From contig OX597816.1 of assembly GCA_951406725.2 (NCBI GenBank), positions 42,284,001 to 42,348,000 of the forward strand: a stretch of 64,000 nucleotides of DNA, in the 5' to 3' direction. The position numbers and the translations under genes were made by a program. The stretch's first letter is position 1, and each line of letters opens with the position of its first letter. A model generated the notes under the pieces. It saw only the letters and a list, made by a program, of their open reading frames with translations, had not been told where the DNA came from and did not search any database. Shown here one piece after another: positions 25,608-37,264 of the stretch. The stretch comes from Octopus vulgaris (Eukaryota).

Positions 25608-25610
<3 letters not shown>
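25412..25610. repeat. Fold-back element: perfect 44-bp inverted arms plus tail, between (TA)n tracts
   Basis: Arms at 25412-25455 and 25486-25529 with a 30-bp spacer, then an ~80-bp tail before (TA)n. Confidence 0.9.
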
Positions 25611-25639
<29 letters not shown>

Positions 25640-25642
<3 letters not shown>

Positions 25643-27213
25643 ACAGATGAAAGACAGCAGATGGAATATACGAGAATTTATTATTAAACATGACAATTGT
25701 TTCGACACGTTTAGCATCAACTTCCCTTGGGCGGTCCACTCAACATCTGGTTCAGGAGTATCCGGCGGTACGGATGTATCTCGTCGGGTGATAAATAAAT
25801 ACAACTCGTTAAAATAACTGTTCTGGAATGTAGCTTCCAGTTTTGTATAAAGAAAAGCAACAAGATAGAGGAAATATCTTCATTTATATAGAAGATCAAA
25901 ATAAAATCACAGATGGTAAAAAGAGAAACAAACAGGAAATACAGCGAGAAATTTTTTTAAATAACCGTTAACAGAAATGGATGTATAAGCACCCTCGGAC
26001 AAGCTTCATGTCGCGAGTACACTCGCTCATACGATCATCTGCAAAAATGTGAGCATACGCACACGTGAGATTTGGTGCACTCATGATCACAAAGGGAATT
26101 AGTTATTTACCTAGTTTTCATAAGAATGGGGAGGTTAAAATTAAACTGAAATCATCGATATCTTAAAATACCATGCGCTAAAGTACATTTATATGCGTAG
26201 GCATCTCGAGAGTCATTCAGACATTATATTATCTTCTCCCTGGTCCACAGAATAGAGAGGGATTCCTTGGAGCAGAGACAGCATGTGCTAGAATTTATAT
26301 AAAGGTTTTTGCATACCTTACTATGGAGCAGTTAATGCTTTACTTCGTTTTATCCTCCTTCAGTCGCCATACAAAATCTGCCAAAGATGTTGAATATATC
26401 TTATTGATTGTCTTAAAGCTCGCAACATGGTTACGATAACGATTCTTAAATGTATCAGTCGTCTGCCCAATGTAAACATAGGGCCCTGTCCTTGTGTGCA
26501 CGGTACATTTATATACAAGATTTGTACTCATACAGAGACGCATCAAAGGGCATTTTGATTAATCTCTCCATGAGTATTTATCGTATTTATTTATATATTA
26601 GGCAGTCCTTGCTCAATTACCCGGCGTCATTACTGTGCTAGCTGCACCATGAGTATTTCTACTACTACAATTTGATCGTAGTTGGTGTTTATCAATGCGA
26701 TTCACATTTCCTTGGTTGGTAAATATATGCAAATGTTCGCTAGATCAAGTAGGTGGGATATTGAACGCTTGCAGAATTTTGCTATTGTTTATGCGATACA
26801 TAAGTTGCTCTAAGTTGCTGATTAGATTTAGGAAAACACTTATCCAAAGCAGCAACAACCTTTCCACCGATCTTGGTTGAAATATGCAAACCAAAAATTG
26901 GGTTGAACCAGAAGATATCCTGATTCCTATATCTGTTGTTAAGCTCATTTAATCCAGTGTGTTGTACAGGACTGGAACAAGCAACTGAATTTATATGTAG
27001 CATTATTTCTTTATCCGAGTGAGTTTTCAAACGGTAACGTGTTGGAGTGTGATGTGCATCGTAGTTGTAGGAATTACCAGTGTTGCTTCTGCCTGTTTCT
27101 TGTATATATCGAACTTTTTCACGGTACCCAGCCCTGGCTGCAGCATCATTATAATAAGTTGTATGAAATTCGAAAATTTTATTGTTAGTAGATAATCTAT
27201 AAACATACCCCAC
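25640..27213 (-). mobile_element. 5'-truncated Penelope-like element: RT thumb/linker, GIY-YIG endonuclease and 3' pLTR with HHR
   Basis: Minus strand gives YRLSTNNKIF..YYNDAAARAGY, RNQDIFWFNPIF, TKIGGKVVAALDKCFP, SKCPLMRLCMSTNLVYKCTV...YVYIGQTTDTFKNRYRNHVASF...STSLADFVWRLKE and CCLCSKESLSI. A downstream HHR lies at 25686-25793 and the element ends at (TA)n. Confidence 0.9.
25686..25793 (-). ncRNA. Type I hammerhead motif with long stem II (U4C core variant)
   Basis: Minus strand reads CCGACGA-gatac...~70 nt...gtgtc-GAAA-c(aatt)g-TC, with stem II gatac/gtgtc and palindromic caattg as stem III. Stem I is weak. Confidence 0.6.
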
Positions 27214-27227
27214 CCCAATATATATAT

Positions 27228-27667
27228 AGGCGCAGGAGTGGCTGTGTGGAAAGTAGCTTGCTTACCAACCACATGGTTCCAGGTTCAGTTCCACTGCGTG
27301 GTATCTTGGGCAAATGTTTTCTACTATAGCCTCGGGCCGATCAAAGCCTTGTGAGTGGATTTGGTAAACGAAAACTGAAAGAAGCCCGTCGTATATATGT
27401 ATATATATATCTATGTGTGTGTATATCTTTGTGTGTCTGTGTTTGTCCCCTCCAACATCGCTTGACAAGCGATGCTGGCGTGTTTACGTCCCCGCAACTT
27501 AGCGGTTCGGAAAGAGAGACCGATAGAATAAGTACTGGGCTCAGAAAGAATAAGTCATGGAGTCGATTTGCTCGACTAAAAGAGATGCTCCAGCATGGCC
27601 GCAATCAAATGACTGAAACAAGTAAAAGAGTAAAAGAGAAAGAGTAAAAGAGAAAGAGTAAAGAGTA
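27228..27667 (+). mobile_element. SINE family B, full length
   Basis: Head aggcgcaggagTGGCTGTGTGG...GGTTCAGTTCC (A/B-box-like), a CORE-like ttgggcaa segment, an internal (TA/TG) tract and a (gtaaaaga)n tail. Matches 57097-57510. Confidence 0.9.
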
Positions 27668-27710
<43 letters not shown>

Positions 27711-28278
27711 CTATTTTGAAAGTTGACATCAACAGCATATACACACGGATATACAATAACACACATATGCACACACAAATATGATTGTATGCATAAGTCT
27801 GTATGTAACCTCTAAAGATCACGTATCTGCACTATTATTTATTGTCTTTCGTGTATGTTACTTGACCATTATATCTGCATCTCCATCATTTCAGTATTGA
27901 TTTCATACAGTCTTTTATTGTTTCGTATAACAATTGCTGATTATTCGTCGCTATTATTCATCGTTAGAATATCAGTCTCATGTTGATATCATCAGAGGTA
28001 GTTATAGAAAAGCGTGATACGTATAATTTATACGATTCCTGTTTTTCTTACCATAGTATGTCATAATCAACATTACATTACTATTATGATTTGTGATTTT
28101 TTCTTCTTCCTTCAAGGTGTTTTCTGAGTAAGTTGTTGTATTGTTTTGAATTTTGGTGCAAAATTCATGAATGTATTTTCTGTCAAGGATCGTAATAACT
28201 ACTTAACTATGTTAGTTCAGAGGGTGTGTGCGTCTGTATACATATACATACATACATATATATATATATACATGTATG

Positions 28279-28312
<34 letters not shown>

Positions 28313-28318
<6 letters not shown>

Positions 28319-28658
28319 TGAATTGAAGAAATGGAGCTGAACGCAGATTGAACAGAAATCGTTTTATTTCATTCTACACGTGTTTCGAAAGGCACAATTT
28401 ACCAAAATCCGATTTTGGTAAATTGTGCCTTTCGAAACACGTGTAGAATGAAATAAAACGATTTCTGTTCAATCTGCGTTCAGCTCCATTTCTTCAATTC
28501 ACCAATAATATTTTAATTTCAATTATCCGCACCAACGCACGGTTGCAACACCATATGGTTGTACCTCCAACCGTGCTGTTTACTGCTGTGATTTTTGCTA
28601 CCAAGGTATCGGTTAAACTTCTGATTAATCTACTACAAGATTATTCATCTTTCTATTT

Positions 28659-28661
<3 letters not shown>
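28313..28661 (+). repeat. Near-perfect 195-bp palindrome plus ~150-bp tail between (TA)n tracts; carries an HHR half-core
   Basis: 97-bp arms at 28313-28409 and 28411-28507, a 1-nt spacer and 1 mismatch. GAAA-c(acgt)g-TA at 28434-28445 is followed by AATAAA. Confidence 0.93.
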
Positions 28662-28716
<55 letters not shown>

Positions 28717-29129
28717 CATACCATTCGTTTATATATTATCTCTGGCAAACACACGTCTTTAATATAGGAAATATGATTCTCAAAGATGATTAAGTTTGTG
28801 TGGATAGTTAAAATATTGATTGCAAATACTAATGTCTTTCATTAGTCGGCCAGGGTATCTAGAAGTGTTAAGTAACTAGTCTAAGTGCCAATTAACACAA
28901 GAAGAATTTCATTAGCATATAATGTAAGATGTAGTTAACTATTATATTCATTAGAATACGACACAGATTGTGATAATTCGCTTCTGAATTATTTTTTTGA
29001 ATTTAGCATATAGAGACCATTTTCAACACAGTAATATATTCATTAATTAATATTTCTTTACTCTGCAGTCTTTATTGTTGTAGTTGGAATATTGACTTGA
29101 AATCTGTTACAAGGCAAGCAATTTTGTGA

Positions 29130-29306
29130 AAGGTGGTAAGCCATTGATATCAACTTCACTGTTATACTGGTACTTATTTTATGGAACTCAAATGACGAAT
29201 GGCAATGGTCGCAGTCGTCGAAATTTGAATTCAGAGTGTAAAGACGGACGAAACACCGATAAGCATTTTTCCCAGTGTGCTAACGATTCTGCCAACACGC
29301 CACCTT
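29130..29306 (-). mobile_element. SINE family C (Nin/Deu-domain-like), diverged
   Basis: Homologous to 53230-53444 (aatttgaa.tcaga..gtaaagac...gcatttt...tgctaac.attct.cca..cgcc.cctt). Confidence 0.75.
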
Positions 29307-29337
29307 ATGCTATGTGTGCAATATTAATTAAGTCGTT

Positions 29338-29520
29338 AAGGTGGCGAGCTGAGAGAATTGTTAGCAGGCCGAGCAAAATGCTTAGCGGTATTTTGTTTGT
29401 CTTTACATTCTGAGTTCAAATTTTGCCATTCGGTGTCGATGAAATATTTGCTACTTGATTTAATCGACTTCCTCATCGCACGAAACTGCTGGCCTTGAGC
29501 TAAAATTTGAAAAGAATATT
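29338..29520 (+). mobile_element. SINE family C, diverged, head-to-head with the previous copy
   Basis: aaggtggcgagctg..agaattgttagca..ccgagcaaaatgctt...tctttacattctgagttcaaatt is the reverse complement of the 53230-53444 head. Confidence 0.75.
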
Positions 29521-29699
29521 AAATCCTGGCTATGACATTAAACTGCATCTGGAGGTTAGGACCCATTGCGTGAGTTCTGTATTTGAGTCAGGTGTGGAAT
29601 CCCTACTTAATTACAATTACTCCCAGATCCGATCTGAACCGGAAGTGTAGTATCTGTTAGGGTCACATCTAAGGATTGATTTTTGTAAGATTAAATTTA

Positions 29700-32680
29700 G
29701 CTACTTAGCTGCAGGGAAAACGATCAGTTTGAGGGAAGGAAAATTCCAAAATTAATACTGTCTTCCACCATGCGCTAAGCTAGCGCTCTGATGAAACTGA
29801 CATGAGGTATGTCGAACAACGTTGATTCAGATCTCAGGGTTTCTTCTCCAGAACTTCAACGGGTGATCAGGCGGGCACATCACCAGTTGAGTACTTGACG
29901 TGACAGATACGACTAGGAGCTAACTAGGGCAACCTCGATCTAAAGTGCAACAGGCCATCTGAGAAATAACAAAACATGAAAAGATATTCAACTTTCGCAT
30001 TTCTAAATCAAGAACAATAAATACTGTAGAAAATTTGCTTTATGAAGTCAAAGAAATAACTTGGAATATGATTGTTTCTCTGAAACGAAGGTGAAAGTAT
30101 AAGAAATTGAGATACAGGAGAATACTGGTCACAAACTCTGATTATCAAAGAATGAAACTACTGGATCAAATGTTGGTTTTCTTGTTAATACATGATAACC
30201 ACTTATTTATAGCTATGGATCAATTTCGGACAATTAGCATTTGTAAAACTAAAAGGAAAATACTCAAAGATTGTCTTCATGCAATTCTACTTTCCTAATT
30301 CAACGCACTCTGAAGAAGATGTTTCTGAACTTTATGGCGGTATTCTAGCGATATTTCATGGTACTCCCTTAGAAATCAGTTTCTCATAATGAGCGAACTC
30401 GACAGCAAACTTTGCAAGCTATATAGCACGTATCCTTCTGTAGTAGGCAAGCATACAGTTGGCAATGAAAGTTCACGAGATGAAGGATTTGTACATTTCT
30501 ACATCGGAAATCCCATTTTAACAAACACAGTGTTTCAAAAAAAAAAATCAATCCTTCATAAGCGATACTTACTGGATAGAAATACACAAAACGGAATTGA
30601 CTTTATATTAACAAGATAGACATTAGTCCTCAACCGACTTCTTAATCAAAGTTCCAGACATTTCACATGGTTAGCACAAAAATCAGAATAAGCTTCTCCT
30701 GGATAAAGACTACTTATCCACAATATTATCTAAAACAATCAAACAACCCTGACATTTCACAACACTTCCAAATTGAACGAGGAAATCATTTATCCTTCCT
30801 GGAAAATATCACAGATACAGAAATATTGTTGAAAAATTGCATGAAAGGAACGTTGGAATCTGTGTCAAAAACCTATCCAACCTCAATCAAAACCAACCTA
30901 TATGGATGTCTAATGAAACAAAGGATGCAATCAAAAACAAACACAAACTACAGAAGGAAAAAGGACTAAAATCTGCTCGTAGATAATTTCAAAAGCAGAA
31001 TCCAAAACTTAAGACTAAAAATGCCTGAAAAATGCAGGATAATACTTTAAAAACTCACTTGTCTTTCTCTTTACAAACAATTCCTTGTTTGACCCAAATC
31101 AAAACATAAAATATATGCTGGGGAGTCATAAACCGAAATGGTAATCTTCTGAACTTGTAAAGAAGAAATACTTGAAAGGTGAAATTCTTGCAATACTGAA
31201 AAATGAAGTTGACTCTGCCATAAATGTCATGAGATAGCGGAAAAGCCCTGGCCTTGGTAACAGCTGTCTTGAGAACATTTACTATGAATACCTGAAAGCT
31301 GGAGCAAGCCCCACGAAAGGTCTTTTATGCCTCTTCAGTCAAATGCTAACCATAGGCATTTTAAAAAGTAACTACAGTAGTTCTTTGCAAAAAGAACAAT
31401 AAGATTCATTGTGGTAATTATCGCCAAATAAGTTTGTTAAACAATATATACAAGGATTTCATTACTGCCATAGCAATACGAATAAAAGTTTACTAGTATG
31501 CATCTTTCCCACTCCTTATTCAATGTTTTAACGAACTAGGTAGATAAAACATAGAACAGAAATTTGCTCTTGAAAAAATAATTGATAAATATATAGAATT
31601 CATCAGAGCAGTGTATAAAAGTGTCAAAGACTTCATCAAACCTGTTGATAGTGTTAAGCTTCCATGTCTATGAACATTTCTTGAAAGCACCGAAATCAGC
31701 AAAATATACAAAATATTACTGAGGCACGATATTGCAAAAGTCTTCATCAAGTCCGATATTGGTACCACCAGATCTTTCAATATCTTAAAATGTGTGAAGC
31801 AAGGAGAGGTATTATCAGCTTATTTTCTTTTGTATTGTAATCGCCACAATATTTACTAAAGCTGAAGATGAATGCTCATTTGGATTCCCAATCGACGGAC
31901 ACACCCACTCTAATATCAGTTACGCCGGTGATATTCCTACAAAGAAATAGAATCAGGACAAGAGTAAATCATTTGCCGATTCTCATAGTAAATATGCCTG
32001 CAGAAGCCGGGCTTTTTATTAGCGTATATAAAAGAGAATATGCGACAACATATAATTTTAATCCGGACATAATCCTTACAATATATGGCAAATCAGTAAA
32101 GCAAACATCTGAATTCACCTACGTCGGGCAAATAAAATCTCTTCAAAAACGATGAAATGACAGCTGCGGACCCTAAAATTCGACCTACATAGTTGGGCAA
32201 CCCTGGGATATGAATAACATTGATCTTAATTCAAAAGGAATCCGATTCTACATAAAATCAAGTGTCTACAAAAGCTATGTTCTTCCAGTGGTTTTATAAG
32301 GGCGAGAATGTGCCAGCTGGACTTCTGTCGCACTGCAGAAACTGGACGTCTTTCAGAATCATGGCATACTAACACGAACACATGAACCATGTCATGACTG
32401 AAAATCTAAGGAAATTAACCAAATTACCACCAGTCGTCTCAGTCATCAAATATTAACTACTCAAACCGTTTGGCCATACTAAGAGAATGGTTTGTGACGT
32501 CCGCAAGATATGTTTGGAATGCATGATTAATTGAAAGAGATGGAAAGAGAACAATACAGTATGGACATATATTTTGACATGGTTTTCGTTAATTCCCTTT
32601 CTAAAGGTCGAATAAAATGGAGGCAACTATATCATGTTCGTGCGCATTCTGCTTCAGACGTAGATAATGGGGATTAATTA
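29700..32680 (+). mobile_element. Degenerate near full-length RTE-clade LINE (APE plus RT)
   Basis: RTE-like 5' region, followed by APE remnants (WNMIV.SETK, IQFYFP, NGIDFIL) and RT remnants (RKSPG, CGNYRQISLL, DFIKPVDSV, VKQGEVLS, SYAGDI for YADD, EFTYVG). The C-terminus has YKSYVLPV and LKPFGHTKR. Many stops. Confidence 0.82.
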
Positions 32681-32901
32681 CGTAATCTCAACTTTGACAA
32701 AAGTGACTGAGTACAACCATCGGAAAATATTTCATTCTCTTTTTCCACAAAACAAGACTTAAAATTTTAGATAAAAACTTTCTCTACCGACGATTAATGA
32801 TGTTCCCTGTCATTTCACATATTACTGAATCCATTTTTATAATCAATCAGTGCGTGTAGTGTGTGTCCATTATATAATTAAGGCTTATTCTTTGCAAATA
32901 T

Positions 32902-32975
<74 letters not shown>

Positions 32976-33639
32976 GAACATTTTTAGATTCTTCTATTCT
33001 TTCCTTCACAACTGGTTTTTAGTATATTTGAATATTTATTTATGATGTACTCCTTAACCTTTAAGGTTAACATCTGATCACTTGGTATCATCGCATAATT
33101 GTATGAATAGTACATAGTGTAACTTTTTTAGCTTGATGCACAATGGATTTCTTCTAAGATTAAAAGCGGTCATTCTTTCGTTACTGCAATTCAATATCTG
33201 TGAAGTATGACCTATTTTCAACCATTCATTAATTATCCTTTACCACATATCATTTACCTTACTTGTTTCATTCATTGGATAGCGGTTACCGACACACACA
33301 CATACAGACACATATAAATGCGCTTGTGAGTGTATGTCTATAGATGTATAGCGTTTATATGTGTGTATGTGTGCGCGTATGTTCCTTATGCATTCCAAAA
33401 CCGAGTTGCCGATATTGACACAAGGTGTATCAAAAGATTCAGTAAGCTTTTGACTACCAACTAAACTATATTTTCATTCACATATTTGCAATGCAAAAAT
33501 TTAACATGATCATTGTTTTTTTAGACACATATCGTAAACATCGTTTACCACCACCACCACTTGTAGAGCTGTCGTCTACGTTCGTTAATTTCCACAAAAA
33601 AATTGTATTTATTTACTTTTGTTTTAAAGTCAAAGATGT

Positions 33640-34100
33640 ATGTACGTGTATATGAAATGGACGTGAGAGATAGAGAAGAGATAGGGAGAGAGAAAGGGAG
33701 AAGGAGAGAGAGAGAGGAAGATAGAAAGAGATAGAGAAAGAAAGAGAGTGACTGAAGGGGCGTGTTGTTATGTATACGTACATATATCAATACAAATGCA
33801 TGCATCTGTTTTGTATGTACATGTGCGTTTGTGTGAGAGAGAGGAAGGGAGTGATTAAGTGAACGTGTGTGCTCTCATGTATGTGTAAGTGGCATTCATC
33901 CTCTCTCTCTCTCTCTCTCTCTTTCGCACACACACGCACACACACATACGCACACACGTCCATTTCATATACACATTCATACATCTTTCACTTTCTCTAC
34001 CTCTTTCACTTTAAAACAAAAGTAATTGAATAAAGATAATTTACGGAAATTAACGGATAAAATAGCTGATCCGGATGAGAGTTTGGTGACAACTTTGATA
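33640..34100. mobile_element. Diverged internal fragment of the 1.3-kb TIR family
   Basis: gtacgtgtatatgaaa-(GA)n...tttcatatacac...aatttacggaaattaac...tgacaacttt parallels 34396-34800. Confidence 0.55.
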
Positions 34101-34125
34101 GTTATAACAGAAAAATAGCCACAAT

Positions 34126-35479
34126 GCATGCGTAGAATTCTACTGAGAAAAATATTTATGAACATGTACACATATTGTATGAAAATAAGCTATAACCAAA
34201 AAATTGCACTAAAAGGCATCGATTTCTCTGTGTTATGACGAAATACCCTCCCCCTCTCTCTCTCTCACACACACCAAAAATATATAGGCATATGTATTTA
34301 TGGGCAAAGGTAAAGGATATGCACACCCCGCGTTCAGGGTTAGGACTACGCCGAAAACGGGTGGTGTACGTATTCTTTACACTCACTTATTCATGTACGT
34401 GTATATGAAAGATATTGTGTGTGAGAGAGAGAGAGAGAGAAAGTAAGTAAGTAAGAGAGAGAAAGGAAGAGAGAGAGTGAGTGCCTCTTGCACATGCACG
34501 CAAAAAATTCAAACATCACAACACCCACCTTCACTCCCTCACTCACTCACTCACTAACTCACTTACTCACTCACCCACTCACTCTCTATCTATCTCTCTC
34601 ACACACGTTTTCATATACATGTATAATTTTCAATTTCCTTCTCTTTTAGTCTCTCATCTAACTTCAAAGCAAATGTCGCATTTACACTTTATCCTCTCTT
34701 TCAATTTCTGGTTTCTTGAAAGAATAAAGAAATTTAAAAAAAAATTTACTGAAATTAACAGACAATCATATGATCCCATATATATCCATTTGACAACTTT
34801 GCTTCTTCAAACGAAAGAATGCCATAAAATAACTTCCTTTGACGCATGCACACACACACGCACATACACATACTCTAGCTAAAACAACTGTGCTAATTAT
34901 GTTATTCCTTGCTCTGTGTACGCGCAAATTTAAAACTCAAATCCAATTAAAATGATCTTTTTCTATTGTGTAATTTCTGTTTGCGCTGAGCGTATTTAAA
35001 GAACTGATCTTCGATATAAACTTAAAAGAAAGTTTTCCTAGAAAACCTGTCCTTTACCTCTTCTTTCTAGCATGACCGAGGCGACAATTCCGCTCCCGCG
35101 CCATATATTTGTCCTAAATTCCTTCTGATTCCTACGTTTGTGATACAGGAGTTTACGATTTTACCCACAAAATATTTCTCAATATTTTAATTTTCTCCCT
35201 CCTCACACCAAATTCAGTTTTTACTTTTTTCAAATATTTTTTCCTTGATAATCGATGGAGAAAAGACAGGCAGTACGAATCATGAAGAATTTTACTAATC
35301 ACCACATCACTTTCAAAAGCTATACACTTCCAATGTTTCACTTTTAGCTGTTTGGAAAGCGGAGAAGTTCCTTCAGAAATAATATCATTTACCTGCTGTT
35401 TCTAGCATGTCGTGTTTTCTGGTGGTGTTCTGGTATTTTCTAAGTTTACTATTTCAGGAGAATTCTACTCATGCGGGAA
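34126..35479. mobile_element. ~1.35-kb non-autonomous TIR element, copy 1
   Basis: Ends gcatgcgtagaattctactgaga ... tttcaggagaattctactcatgcggg. Colinear with 53837-55161. Internal duplication around tttctagcatg. Outer TIR portions are lost. Confidence 0.85.
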
Positions 35480-37119
35480 GCAAATTTCAGTATATTAGCA
35501 AAATATCTACCTATTTTTCTAAATAACTAAATTTATCCCAGTAGACCATTTGAGTTGCTTGACTGACTGCTTTGATTCTAATTAACAAAATGGCTCTGTA
35601 ACTATTTTCTACATACAAATATCTTGCGCTGATAATATCAAGAGGTATCTGTCGCTATTACATCACTTGCTAAATAATACAAAGGTTTTCATGTATGCAT
35701 CACATTTCGATCTCATGTGAAGTAAATTTCATTACCTGGAATCATATATTCCTTGAGGTGTAGTATTCGCTACCTATTGCCACTAGGTTTTTGCTTACTG
35801 CCAACGATAAAGGAACAAATTCAAATTAACTTCAAATAGGTTTAGTTCGTTTTCCAGTACATCGCCATTTACCTCAGTCACTGTAAAAATGCGTAACCAA
35901 AGTAACTCGCAATGTGATTGAGACAGGAAGGATGATGTTTCAACGACGAATCAAGACTACAGTTATTGCTAGTACATGAACATACCTTTTTTTAAAAATA
36001 AATGTTTGTGCGGATTATATATATTCGTTTATTTACCCGATCTTACCTACGATGGGTTTTTTTTTTCATGCATCTTGATATTTTCTGTCAGGGAATAGCA
36101 CTGCTATATAATTTTATCTCATATTAAAATGCATTATACTAATGTGCATTACGAATCTATTGATATTCAAATAGCTATTTAAGTATTTTGCTTTGGAAAC
36201 CGAATTAACGTGTGATACAGTTTATATTTTTGATATTGATTTATATTGCTGTATTTCGTTGAAATATTCCTGTCGCAATATTGATTACATTTTGCAGAAT
36301 TTAGTCTATAATTTTTATTCTCTAAAATGACCTTTTTAAAATGTGGTGATACGATATTATTTTCGTTCATCAATATACGATTTCTCTCTCTCACACTTTC
36401 CTCCTCTCTCTGTACGTTTGCTGGTAAGTTCTACCGTAATATATACACATATATACACACACATCTACGTACAGGTATATTTATGCGCGCACGTGTGTAT
36501 ATGTGTGACAGAGATATCATAATCGATATATAAACACATTTTTACTTTTAATTTAATTACACATCTGTAAATATATTACTACTGAATAATCTCTTATTTG
36601 AATGATTTCTTTCATTTATCTAATATTCTTCACAATAACAACTAGACTATTTACATTCAGACTATTTATTGACTATTTATTGTAATTGAGGATCATTCAT
36701 TGTAATTTTCTGCATACTAATCAATATTCCATTTTCTCTCTAAGTTAAGATTCGTGAAATATCTGTAATTTCCTATCATAATTAAATTTAACTGATTGCT
36801 TACTAGTTATCATTTATCTTAGTATCACATTAGAGGCCCTGAAAAGTAATTCATATACAACAGGTAATTCTGAGGTAAAATATGATGCCATTTTTACTAG
36901 AATATATGGATTCAAATGTTATTTTTATAAACACCTCAATAGGTTTGACGTGTTAGGACTTGCATAGCAATACACGAGTTGCCATTTAAAATATGTAGTC
37001 GTTGATTTGCAAGACAAAAAATATATTAACTCATAATATCAACAGCAACGTTATGTACCCCGTATTTATGTAGACAAATTTCCCTTTACGTTATTTACCT
37101 GGCTTTGTGTTTAAGAGGC

Positions 37120-37260
37120 TTGTTTTACGTAAATGTGGTCTTAGATTCAGTCTGACATCAAAGCTACATGGGCAAGTGTCTTCTACTATTGCCACGAGTC
37201 AACTACACTTATAAGTGGTGTGCAAGACGGAAATTAAAAGAAGCTCGTCGTATTTATATT
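37120..37260 (+). mobile_element. SINE family B 5' fragment, diverged
   Basis: tgggcaagtgtcttctactat...gacggaaattaaaagaagctcgtcgtat matches 27307-27395. Confidence 0.7.
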
Positions 37261-37264
37261 ACGT

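Noticed and set aside
26250-26580. Possible selenocysteine recoding in the PLE, as reported for some Naiad PLEs
   Set aside because: Cys-motif positions read TGC/TGT or decayed TAC/TGG, the in-frame stop is TAA rather than TGA, and no SECIS was recognised.
29785-29825. ctgatga...gacat-gaggt-atgtc-gaac in the RTE 5' region as a possible HHR
   Set aside because: There are four extra nucleotides before the stem, GAAA is absent and no stem I forms.
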